The notes under the pieces were generated by a model. It made no database searches. It had not been told where the DNA came from and was given only the letters and a program-made list of their open reading frames with translations. From positions 1-64,000 of the forward strand of contig NOWV01000114.1 of the NCBI GenBank assembly GCA_003344405.1: a DNA stretch of 64,000 nucleotides, given 5' to 3'. A program made the position numbers and the translations under genes. The stretch is from Trichoplax sp. H2. Lineage: Eukaryota. Of the stretch, positions 34,928 through 47,649 are shown piece after piece (positions within the stretch are counted from its first letter, which is position 1; the number at the start of each line of letters is the position of its first letter).

Positions 34928-37900
34928 TCATTTATCGCTATCACTGTGATAATAAAACAGCAAAATTAAAACTTAATCAGAAGGTCCATCATACTATGCA
35001 TTCGAATTTATGAACACTACCTGGTCTCAGGAGTTGCTAATGGAGCTGAAGTCGAAAGATTTTGTAGACCATTGATCATATTTATGAATTGAGCAATTTG
35101 ATTATTGTCATGACCAATTTCAGTCGGCTTAACAAACATGTAAAACAAACAATATATTACTGTTCGGATCTATTAAAGCAGTTAATGCCTTAGTTACATT
35201 ACGCAAACTAAAATGCAAACTCACTATATCAGCGACTTGATTCTGGTTTATGCCAGCAGTTAATTCCTTAATCTACATGATATCGAGCATATGCATCAAT
35301 TTTCACGAGAATATATTGCAGTATAACATCGGTAATGTAGTGCAATGAAGATCGCAATACAAAGCTACCTTTTTCTGCATTACAACTGCCTGTCCAGTCA
35401 GGCGATTTAGAAACTCAGAACTCTCCTTAGTACGGTCATCCTTTTCTCCAAACTAACAAAAGTTATCGTACCGTCAGATAGTATCATTATTATATGAATA
35501 TTGCAAAACATTCAATCAGTTATACGTTTTAATATCACATTATTGGTAACACTATATTACGTTACTTATTGTAAAGATATCTTTGAATAACGTACAACAG
35601 ATGCCAAATATACCAGTGTACGAATATATCTTAAGTTTTTAAGGAACAATATATCACACCTTGCCGTTATAAATATTGAATACTTGTTTTTCGTGATGCA
35701 TCGCTGAACGAAAGTCACAGGCAGTAGATTTAACGATAGCTAAAAGATGATGGCTAAATTCAAGTACGATTATAAGGCACAAGAGTTTAAAAGCTTAGAT
35801 AGTTAAAGAAATTACAGTACAACACTTTTATGTAGCATGTACCTAATTGCGGCATTGATACTATCATCTCCATAATATCTAGGATTTAGCGAAAGCACGA
35901 TATTAAACAAAATTGATACACTTTCGAATTATCTTAATCGAATTTTTCAGTTGTCGTATCAATACTAAAAGTTACATTACCGTTGTTGGATTTCCAAAGC
36001 GTTTATTAAAAATTGGATAGCGTTTTGACTATTTTCAGTAGCAAATAATATCAGTCCAATGTTACTCTAAACCAAATTAAGACAACCAGTTACTGGCAAC
36101 AAATTCATAAGAGTACATTTAATTATTACAGCAAATGCTCAAACTTACATCGATTGTAGCCATATCTGGATGATCTTCGCCAAAAACCAAACATGTTAGG
36201 TAACGTGCACGATACATCAAACGCAGTGCAACACGTTTTTGGCCAGCAGCATGGCAATATAACGACAAATGCACCTAAAATAAAGGGCCAATGTAATTAA
36301 TTATTTAAGGATTGATAAATCTATATGCGTATTTATGCTTAAATATAAGGATAATAAAGGTACGTACGTAAGCAATGATAGTTTCTTGACTGTCAACACC
36401 AAATAATCTTTCACTCACTATAGTTGCTTTCTTTTGGAAACAGACAGCCTGCGAATAAAATAATCTAGTAAATTTTTCTAGAACTTCGTAACAATTTTAA
36501 TTTCAATGTTAGAATTTTATCCTAACCACCGAAGACAGTCAGGTTATATCGATCTAATAAAAATAATCTCACCTGAACAGGATCATCACAACTGTGATGA
36601 ATTCGAGCAATAGATCTACATAATAACAAGTAAAGACTTGATTTCATCAATATTGCTCTAAAATTAATATAATGTCCTAAACTTTACAGTAACATCCAAC
36701 GAGTACTCAGTATAGCGTATATGTTAGGAATCATTACAAACTTCATAACTATTTTTATTTCATCACAGACCGCTGGATATAAGATTATGAGTACACAATT
36801 TTTTATGTCTGTTACCTTTGTTCCTTAAGTTCAATAACACGACCAAAATTGCGACAAAGCTATATTTAATTTTAGAATTTAGAAATAACCTGAAACATGC
36901 AAAAACATCAGGATGTAGCGGCCCATAAACTTGCTGAAAAATTGCTAGCGCCTCAATGAGTACATCTAGAGCTTCCTGAATTAGGCCTGTGATATACGAA
37001 TATATCATAAAAAAATAAAGATATAAATAAAATTTGCAGTGCTAATACCTGTTAAGGCATACGCCTACAATAGGACGTTTACAATGTAAGTAACAAGCAA
37101 ATTTAGCCAATTCTTGAGCAAGGTTCCTTACCAGCTTGTAGTCTTTGCTGAGCAATTTCGAAAGCAGTCTCCGTATAATTTAACGCCTTGAAAATTTAAA
37201 CATTCTATGTTTACTTCTAAGCAGAATGTCTATTATTTTGAAAGGCAATCTCCGGTACTAACCTTCGGATTTAAGTGCTTTACACGGGGAATAATATTCA
37301 CTATGTCATCGTCATTAAAGGTTAAGACCTTTTTATTATCAAATATATATTCTCGAAGGACTACCTGAACGCCTAAAATAAAGCATAAATCGATCTTGTA
37401 GTAAACAATCTATTCTGGTGATGACTCAAACCCATATCTATCACAGCGGTTCCTTTCCGTACCTGTTTGCATACAAAAAGCGCGCAAAACAGATATTCTC
37501 TGCAACTTTGCTAGGTATTGGCCAGGAATATTATCACTTTGAATTCTTTAAAATTAGAATAAGAGTTCATTAACTTTCCTTTAGCTACAAAGCAAACGTT
37601 AATTGATAATGCTGAAGCACAGGTACACATACTGTGGTATTTCATATCCAAAATAAGTGGAAATTTCGGAGGATATTTGCTTCCATAAATCTTCAGGTGA
37701 TAAAGAAATCCATCCTACTAAGTATGCCATCAAAATTTACGCCCTTATTAAATCATTCTATTCGAATTATTAAATTACTCGTACATATACGCCTAGGTTT
37801 TTATAAAATGATTTGAAAATACTTCGAAGTAACTCATCGACTAACGCAAATCAGATTTATCTTGTGCTAAGTTGTGGGGTTTTGTATGCTTCTTTCTATT

Positions 37901-40900
37901 CTTCTTTTTCTTTGATGGTCGTAACTAATACAGAAGAAGCAGACTTAATTGACATCTCCGTATAGGTTAGATATAGGTTATAAATAAATTGAAATACTTG
38001 TATACGATGTAATGTACATACATCATTTGGTATATTCGGTAATGGATTATTAACAGAGCCCTAGTAACCAGGAAAGTGATAAATACGAAGTATGTAAAAG
38101 AAATATACTCAAAACGATTTAAAAATAAATGGGTATCAAGAATGAAAATTTAATTACCAGGAAGCAGTTTAAAAAATGAGAGATGGCGCAAGATAAAACA
38201 CGGAAGCTGGCTAGAATTGGTAGTAGTGAAGAGTAATTTATTGGTTTATAAATTTAACTGCAATTTTGACTACGGCATATTACATATAGTCTATCAAAAT
38301 CAATAAGTTTAGCAGCAACATCGTACTACGTCTTATCAGCTCTTTAAAGGTTCTCTTTGCAATCCTAGTAATCATTTCCGTCAAGCACAGTTTCTAGTTT
38401 TAAAAAAATTTTAATATAAACCTTAATTTCTGAAATGTTATATTTTGTCGAAAAAGATTTAAGCATCTAACTGCAAACAAATCGGACAAATTAATAGATA
38501 AAACTATCGCCACATCGGACTTACATAAACATAAGACAGTTCCGGCGTATTAGCAATTAAAGATGCTATATAGCCAATGTAGCGAATATTGATACCCCTA
38601 TAAAGATATTTAGTAACATCAAATTACCCCGAAAAATGGATAATGTATCATCTTTAAGTTAAATAGCCAAATAAGGCACCTTTGATGCAATACATCCTTA
38701 AACGAATTTCCATCGACCGGACTAGTCAGACTTTTCAGTTCTTCAATCTTCAAAAGTTAGAGTCCATGTTTAATGTATGATTTACCGTATAAGCGAATTT
38801 AAGCACTTAAATATAACAGCTTGTACCGTTTTAGGGATAATACTTTCAACTAAGAATTTGGCTGCATCATGAGCGAGTGATTTATCCTTTCCCAAAGCTT
38901 CACTCTAGATGTGAAAAATTAAGACTTTACTATGGAGTTACAGCGATATCACCTTTAGAGCAATAGTACCTCAGATTCCGAAAACTTTATGTTGGGTGTA
39001 AATAGGTCGGGATTAAACCTAATATCAAGTTCTATAATCCATACAAGAGTTACTTTTTAATTAAATAAACTTAAAACGCGGCATGCGAGTTTCAATTTAC
39101 CAGTACTAGAGTATGAACCCACAGCAGCGGCAGCTTTTTTCTTTGCTTCTATTACTTTTTCATCTGAGAAAATATTAGAATAAACTGTAATTAATCATTC
39201 AAAAAGATTTGGTTTGAGTAAAGCAATGTAAGCTTAAAATACTATACGGTACTTTGATTTTGTCCCTCGTTAGGTCCGTTACTATCACTTAATTCATTTT
39301 TGCCACCTTCTTTAATTTCTTCTGTAGATGGTAACGATTCCACCGGAAGTTCACTTAAAGCTTCATTTCCATGTTGATCAACTCCGTCCTTAAAATGTAT
39401 CAAACCTAGTTATTCTGAGCTGCAAATATATAAAAGTATGCTTCTGAAGACACCTTATCTTTAAATTGCTTTTGCTGATCAGCGTAAGAGTATATGGCGA
39501 CAAGTCTCCAGTACAGCATGTATCGACCTCTGAAAAGAATAAATGTGTTTCCATAAACTCACTCTTCCATTTTAGTAGATGATCTATAAAATTACGTACG
39601 CAATAAAAGCTTCCACGAGCTCACGACGTAAACGAGACAAGCAGTGCCCATGGTTCAAAGGAAAATATTTACGGGGTTTATCATCATGATTACTCTCATT
39701 TGCTATAAATATACCCATAAAAGAAGCTTATTATTAATCATAATGTACATTATATCTAACCAATACTTTATTGATAGCTAGACCTTTTACCATCTTTAAA
39801 GAAATCTCTACGTACCCTCAATGAAGTTTACATCTATTGGTAATGTTTTAATTAAATCAACAATATATCGTCTTCGATCGTATCCAAGGATGCCCTACGC
39901 AGTTAATAAATTTATGTAAATTCATCAGAAAAGCCAAATTAAAGCTTAAACTTATCAGAAATACAAATAAACGTGTGTATTTATATATTTCTTTATGAAC
40001 AAAACGCACTTTTAATTCTATAGATGACCAAATTTTAACGTCTTGATCAAATTTGTCTACGACGCTAGCCAAACAAAAAAGTTAAGTACACATAAACACG
40101 TCGTGTTAAAAATGTTATGTTATCTATACAAACATATATAATACTGGTAATCATAAGACATACCTAATCGGTCGAACTCGAAATAATTGTGAATATTTCT
40201 TCAACTAGAAATAATTAAGATAATATAAGCAATAAGCACCACAAGAATTCATAGCTTGTATCTTCACGATTAAATACATATTGCAATTATGCCTATCTTA
40301 CAAAGAACTGTCGAATATTTACTTCACCTGCTCTATAAAAATTTCATCTGCAGCTATGGTTAAACCTGAATCGATGGAACCATAAATTACAGAGTTCTCC
40401 TGACTTCGGTTGAGAATACCTACAGTTACAATCATATAAATAGATCATTATTTCATAAAATGAAGTTTAGGCTTGTGCTGCAATAAACAATGACATGATA
40501 AAGAACCTGGAATTAAAGATTGAGCAATGATTCTCCGACCACAGTAGTCTATTACGGCAGTTTCAAGCGTATGTAAGCCATCAACGTCTAACTTTTGAAC
40601 GAAGTCTATCGCATGTACGTCTTGCCCCTAAGAATAGCGTGAAATCATAAAGCGGTGATTCTAGCTATAACTACTAACCTTGAAGGCTGTTATTCTTAAA
40701 GGAAAATACTACTTAGCGAAAGTGATACTTACCGCAGCCCGATAGGCAGCTATGTCGCCTACATGACGTATGTAACATAAATTTAAATTTATGAAAAATA
40801 ATCAAGTATTTTCATAATTTAGTAATATATATATGGACTTACCTCCAAGTTGCTTATATTGATCACGACAATCTACAGCAAAGCTGAAGAAGATGTTATT

Positions 40901-43845
40901 CCAAATATATAGTCGTAGCCTGTTTAAGATAATAAACGGCGGTATCACAATTTAAAGCTAAAGCTCAAAATAAAAATTAAGGTACAAGATGTACTTAAAT
41001 ATAAATATATTGTGAAAAGGTATGACCTCTCTGGTTCAGCTGGATTCATTGCAACAACATTTCCATCTACTACAGCGATAGCACCCTTCGTAGCTACAGC
41101 CACGAAGTCCGTATTAACTCTAAATATGGTCCGATCTCGCTCAATTTTTTCTTGAATTGTTTCTGTCGGCATTTCTTTAGCTGATTGAAAATCATCATTC
41201 CAATCGCGTAACTGTAAGGTGTTTACGTAAGTTAAATTTACTCTCCACAAAAAATTTAAGAATTTTAATATTTTCTATGTATTGTATACCTGCCCTGCTA
41301 GGTGCTCCTCATATCCAACTCTAGCAAACGAATCTGTAATGAAACGTCCGATATAATTACAAAATTATGACCAAAGAAATTATTTGCATTGTAAATAGAC
41401 ATAATAGCGCAGAACATACAATCTTCCGCTCGCTGTTTATCATAACCGTGATCTAATTTTGGCACCGCCCATGGAAAAACTGAAAATTTCGAAAATAAAT
41501 TATTAATTTACATTAAAATAGATTTAATAAAATAAATAATTAGATTATACCTTGGTAAGGCGTAGGAACAAGTTCTAGAGGATTCGTCTTAAGACTATAA
41601 ATTTATTATCCATATCGCCATTAAATTAATTAATAGGGTAAAAACATTTAAAGCTACAATCGTTATTAGCACCATGTTAGCACTAACCTGACTTTTTGAA
41701 GAATTAAGAAATTCTTCTTAAACAAAGGGCTTATCTAATGGTAAGTTATACATAATAAGCAAAGCACAATTTATGGATGACATCGAAACCTCTTTCATAA
41801 AAGCAGAAAATCTGTTGTCATGATACCCTATTTAGTAATCCAGCTAAAGTGTGGCTAAGAGGAAACTCAGAACTTGGAGCAGGATCGAAAATGTGATCTT
41901 TAGTCCTGATAATAAGACATAAAGATAAAGATATAGATCAAATCTATTTACTCAACATCAGCTTAGATCTTAAGTATCATTCACTTCAAATTGACAGTAT
42001 ACCTTAGAAATATAATAAACCTTGTTACTAGCATTACCTATTGACAAAAAAGCCAGTTATTGATGCTGTGATATTATAAGTTTCACCTTCTAAGGTCTCC
42101 ACGTTGACATACATTAAATCACCTAATATCAGATGATCGAATAAAGTTGTTACTTTAAGCAATTAATAAAGGAAAGGAAACGCAAAGTTTACAATCGAAT
42201 TGCAACTTTATTATCTCTAGCGTCGAACCTTGTAGTTTCCGATTAGGGGGAGGTGGATTCCATCCGCTAGTTGATAACTCCTTCAAACACTGCGAAGGCT
42301 TTATTTAAAGAATGATAAATCATGTCTGTTCCTACACAACATTTATATAAATTTTGTATACAAATTATTTTGTAACTCTCAAGGATAGCTTACATCTTGG
42401 TATGATTCATTAAAGTATAATGGAGTAAGAGGTACGCCGTTAGAAGTTGCGCTGCCAGGAATTAGATAACATGGAGGTGCGCAATCCAGTTGCGATTCTT
42501 TAGTTGAACCTTTTTTCAATGCTTCCTCTGGAAACGGAATACAAAAAATATGGTATACAGTAAAATGAGAAATTTTTACGGTATATTTTTGTCGTGACCG
42601 AGCTATGCTCTGAGTACAGCATCTGGATTCAAACAATTGTACGGCTGCAGTAAAATTTTGTCGCTTGTGCTATGTAAATTACATCTGTACTTTACAATTC
42701 AGACCTTCAATATCAATCTCTGTTATTCCACTTAAAAATGTTAATGACATATTATCTTGAGCAGTATAAGCGTTGACTCTGGAGAAACTGGTCAGCAGAT
42801 CACGTAAACGTCTTAGATGAATTTTTACATCCCGCAGATTATATTCCTCTAAAAATTATAATATTTTATAAATCATAATGTGTAATGTTGATCGTAGGTA
42901 TCAACTATTTAAAATTTGAGCGAATTACATACCATCCATCAGGCGAATCAATGACCCATCATCAATATCTTGCAATTTTCCTATCACGGCCAATTCATCT
43001 AAACGCACTCCATCAACATTTTGTAGAGAGTAACAAGTCCTATCGCATGTCTCCGGCCGATCAGAAATATAATCGCGTAGTTCCATAAGTCTCTCATATG
43101 TTGACACCTACCATAAGAACAATAGTCCATTATTACTAATAAAATCCCTTAAGAGCGAGGCAATTACTGCTAATATCAATCTAAAAAACTACAAACCATC
43201 GTTCAGTTTAAACTCACATACTTCGGTAAGTACAGTAATAAAATCTAATCTCACATATCTACAGTTTCAACTACTTCACACGTTCATACACTACAGAATA
43301 TATTACTGTTGTAGGTAACTGTGGCAGTGTCCAAAGATCAACGTAAAATAACGTTCACATAACATACAGGACAGCACTAACACATCCCTTGCGTACTTGA
43401 CAGTGACGAGTCATCAATAATATTTAGAGCTCAAACTACAAATTAAACGGATCAGTCAAACTTATCTACCCATCAGGAATTAGCGTAATTGATACTACAT
43501 TGTGTTCAAGGTGCGCTATTTCGTCATTGACATACACTTAGCTTTAACGGTTCAGGTATACCAGGTAAAGAAAGTTGTAAGGTTATTTCTGATTGTCGAT
43601 ATAGAAAAGTGGTGTATTAGAATTCTATGCGTAAGCAAAGGTAGCAATGATAAAAACCTACCGTACCTTTAAAAACTTAGTGCTCAAGTTAACGAAGTTA
43701 TAAACTCACCTCTTACGTCCATACTTTGGTCTTGTTCCGAGGCATCATTTTCAGTGTTCGCATTTTTTGTTGCGGCAAGCTCAGGTGCTTTCTCACCGCC
43801 ATTGTCAGAAACAACATTTGATTCATTATCAGCTGCTGTTGGCAT
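34928..43845 (-). CDS. CLUH: Clustered mitochondria protein homolog (Clueless; Clu domain + TPR), many short exons
   Basis: Exons read [99 protein letters not shown]. Terminal exons are less certain. Confidence 0.93.
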
Positions 43846-44994
43846 GGCAGGCTAAATAGTCAGTTATGATCAAAGTTACTAGGTGCATACTCATACACGT
43901 ATACAGGTATAGTCTTATTACAAGCCTCATATCTTACAACATGTTAATAGTTAAGGCAGAATAAAAGAATTTGCACGATATATCTCGTAAAGTGAAATAC
44001 AGTAAATTATTGTCAATCACAATCCGAGAGCCAGTATCTATACTCCTTTACCGTTAATCTCCATTACACTTCACATAATATATGATAATAATAACAGTCA
44101 TAGAAACTTAGAAAATTTAAGCACATATTGCACCACTTAGTTTGGTCAGCAAAATGTTCGCAATCTCTGAAGACTAACAATAATCTATAAAATTTTTAGA
44201 TTTACTTTTAAGTGTATTGCCTTAAATATCACGCTGTACTGTATACTGGTATTACCGTCTGTATCTTTAAGTTAAAGTCCCTAACAAAGCCACAGATTCC
44301 AAATTACAGTATTGAAGAATGATAGTAGAGTAAATGTAATCGCAGATGTAATATTGCTATCCAGCTCCTTAGCGCAGGATTCAATGGCTGTTCGGCAGTT
44401 TACAGTTGTGCATACGGTATGATGCAATGAGGTCTGCAGGTTCGTGGAGGTGAGCTTAGATCACATGTGAAACATGTTGAGTATCTGAGATTGCGCATTC
44501 GCGAAACTAGCAAAAGCATGCAGATATACTGTACAGAACTGCATACTGTATACAAAAGTGGTAACTAGTAATAGTAACATTGTGTAAGAAAGCGCAGTTA
44601 GGCAGCTGGCAGTTTAAAGAAAGTGGGGCGGTACTATCAGAGCTCTAGGCCGACTGTGCAAGAAAGCATTTGGCCCTCTTCGGCTACCGTACGATTGAGA
44701 TAACCTCTGGACAGACAGTGCTAATGTACAGTACTATACAGTAGACCGGTATTACGACGTGAGTTGTATGATGGTTGGAGCGAGCGTACATGTAACAGCG
44801 ACTGAGAGTTTGTATTGGAAACTTTAAAGAAATATAATTATTCAATACAGTACTGCAATAAAAAGTAATAAAAATGTCAACTTCCCAAGGTTGTACTGAT
44901 CTGTCTGTATGGAATTTGAGCCAAATTGAAAGTACATTTCTTCAAAATTTGAAGATATAATTGAAGGCTGAACATCTTTCAACCATTTTAGAGG

Positions 44995-45540
44995 GCTTGC
45001 TACGCCCCTGCAATAGTGGTCTCATTTGAAAAGGCACAGCACCTGTACAGTGTACAGTGTAATTTATCTGAAAAGAAAATAATCACGTTCAGTATAGTGC
45101 TCTACGGTGGCCCAGAAGGCTCATACGGTACAGCCGGACAGTACTGTACAGTACAGTGTACAGGTGTGCTGTAGCTGCAATGACAATCGGTCCAAGTCCT
45201 CTGCAATGATTAACCTTAACCTTTACAGTATAACAATACAGAAAACACTGTAAAAAAAATGAGGGCTGCAATGAATACTGTACAGTACAGTACAGTACAG
45301 TACACTATCCTGCATAACTGGAGAGCTCGCCACGCCCATGATTAATGCCTCGCCTCATGTACTCTACAGTACGCTGTACTGTACTGTACAGTACTTGCTT
45401 GCTACGCCCCTGCAATAGTGGTCTCATTTGAAAAGGCACAGAAGCTGTACTGTACTGTACTACTGTACAGTATACTGTACAGTACAGTACAGTACAGTAC
45501 CATGGGATAATTAAATGTACTGTACTGTAAGTACTGTATT
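44995..45540. repeat. TACAG/CTGTA array with a perfect 45-bp direct repeat (44995-45039, 45397-45441) between divergent CLUH and the desaturase
   Basis: gcttgctacgcccctgcaatagtggtctcatttgaaaaggcacag occurs twice, 402 bp apart, among pentamer runs. Confidence 0.88.
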
Positions 45541-45952
45541 GTGCTATTGCCACACCCTGAAAAATGATCACGCCACTCCGTTCTACGTGCCTTGTGCGAC
45601 GGTTGAAATGGCATTGTCAATTGTCGATGTGATAGAATGTGCACATTCAGCAGGCTGAAAGCCTAAAACTGCACTGTTGCCGGTTGCTATGTGCCCTCTG
45701 TATAATTGCATTTATCCAATATACAGGTTATACACTCTAAGGTCAGTACGACGCGACGTCAAAGTAGGGGACCCCAAGTTCCGAAGTTGAGCTGAAATCT
45801 AAAAAGTCTGTTCATCTTTTAGATCGATACCAAAATTAATTCAATATCGAAGGTAAAGGACATCTGATATCTGAGTTTTATTACAATTGTAGCTGGTTAT
45901 CTATTTTATTTCAAGAATACAGATAATATACAATCCTGTTATTAGTGTAAGC

Positions 45953-45981
45953 TAGAGACCCTTTCTCTAAGGGTCTCTCTA
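45953..45981. mobile_element. 29-bp hairpin micro-element with an 8-bp target-site duplication (hAT-like remnant)
   Basis: GTGTAAGC | TAGAGACCCTT tctct AAGGGTCTCTCTA | GTGTAAGC. Confidence 0.6.
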
Positions 45982-46356
45982 GTGTAAGCCTTTCGACTGG
46001 ATCTTGAGCGTTTCCAAGTGTTAAAATCCCTATACGAGTTGTCCAGCTGTTTCTTATTATTTTTAATTTCTCTGCTTTTGGTTCAGTACAGTATTTCCTA
46101 ATTTATTAACTTATCTTGCGTAGTGTTAGTTAATCTTGATTTTATTTAGCCTACTGTACTAATGTACTATATCTAAATATTCAATTTAAATACATCCCCT
46201 GCCGTATTCTGCTCACTACTCACCGTTACATCATAATTTGCTGTTTACTTAATTGTTACAACAATACTCGATTAAGTATCATTTACACTAACACAGTTCT
46301 ACTACTACACGTACTACATTTATAGGATACATATTGCGTGTGTAATTGTTACGAAA

Positions 46357-47649
46357 ATGGCTCCCAACCCTGAAGAAACTTTAACTCATCGAACCACCCT
46401 GAAAGAGGAATCACTAAAAGATTCAGGACGTGCACTACTTGCCATTGACGGTAAATGGTACGATGTTACAAGCTTCGTGCCTCGTCATCCGGGTGGAGAT
46501 ATTATCAAAGAATTTATCGGTAAAGACGCTACGGATGTGTTCTTTGCTAATCATCCGCAAGCATTTGAATTACTAAAGCACCGTAAACCTGTCGGCGACT
46601 ACACCTCTAAGAAACCACCATCAAAGGCTATGCAAGAGTATCGAAATTTACTTAAATATTTTCTAGAAAACAACTATTATTATCCGTCCAATTCTTGGCT
46701 CTTACAGAAATGGTCAGTGCCTTTTACTATCTTGGCTGCTGTGATCTATGGGGTTGTTAATAGCAAAAGCCTATTCGTACATTGTTTATGCGGATTAGGA
46801 TTAGCTTGGTTTTGGCAACAATGCGGATTTTTTTTACACGATTTTCAACACAGTCAAATCTTTAAATCGCGATTCTGGAATAGAGTTGGTGGATTTCTTT
46901 CCGGCACTGTTGCAATAGGTATTAATAGCGATTGGTGGAGAGAAGAACATTTCGCGCACCATAGTCTAACAAATACCTTAGTTGAAGGTGTTGGGGTAAC
47001 CGATCCTCAAATGACTGAAGAAGTTTGGGCTCAAAATGACAGATTGTTACAATTTTTCAATACAAAACTTCAAAAATTTTTTATAAAAATCCAGTGGTTG
47101 ACCTTTATTCCTTTGGCAGTTGTCTTTGGCCGCCCTGCAGTAATTGTTGATGCATTCCATTTAGAGACTCGTTGGTATCAGTGGGTTGGACTACTATTGC
47201 ATTTTACATGGACAGGTTTCTTAATCAGCTTTCTCCCTAACTGGACACATATTGGACTTATGTATTTATTTGCCTGCTTAGGAGAAGGTGTATTGCATGT
47301 GCAACTTATTTTAAATCATTACTCTAAACCATTTCATGATCGAGACGAAACCATGAATATGAATTTTTTTGAATGGCAATGTGAAACTTGTCAAAACATT
47401 GATAACCCTGAATGGTTTGACTTTTTCCATGGTGGCCTCAATTTGCATATTGAACATCATCTATTCCCTAAACTTCCTAGAAGCACGTACCGAGAGGTTC
47501 AGAAAATGGTTAAAGATATTTGCAGACGTAACAATATTTACTACGATGAAGTACCGTTCTTTCAAACTCTGTGGAATACTATCGCTAATCTGAAAAGAAT
47601 CAGCGAGAAAATAACATTTAAAGATATCGTTAAAGCAATGCGACCGTAA
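46357..47649 (+). CDS. Cytochrome b5-fused membrane fatty acid/sphingolipid desaturase with intronless CDS
   Basis: N-terminal HPGG heme motif, His boxes HDFQH, HFAHH and HIEHH, hydrophobic segments; 430-aa single ORF. Confidence 0.95.
   Translation: MAPNPEETLTHRTTLKEESLKDSGRALLAIDGKWYDVTSFVPRHPGGDIIKEFIGKDATDVFFANHPQAFELLKHRKPVGDYTSKKPPSKAMQEYRNLLKYFLENNYYYPSNSWLLQKWSVPFTILAAVIYGVVNSKSLFVHCLCGLGLAWFWQQCGFFLHDFQHSQIFKSRFWNRVGGFLSGTVAIGINSDWWREEHFAHHSLTNTLVEGVGVTDPQMTEEVWAQNDRLLQFFNTKLQKFFIKIQWLTFIPLAVVFGRPAVIVDAFHLETRWYQWVGLLLHFTWTGFLISFLPNWTHIGLMYLFACLGEGVLHVQLILNHYSKPFHDRDETMNMNFFEWQCETCQNIDNPEWFDFFHGGLNLHIEHHLFPKLPRSTYREVQKMVKDICRRNNIYYDEVPFFQTLWNTIANLKRISEKITFKDIVKAMRP

Noticed and set aside
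43397-43460. Box C/D snoRNA in a CLUH intron
   Set aside because: On the transcribed strand CTGA precedes TGATGA, which is the wrong order.
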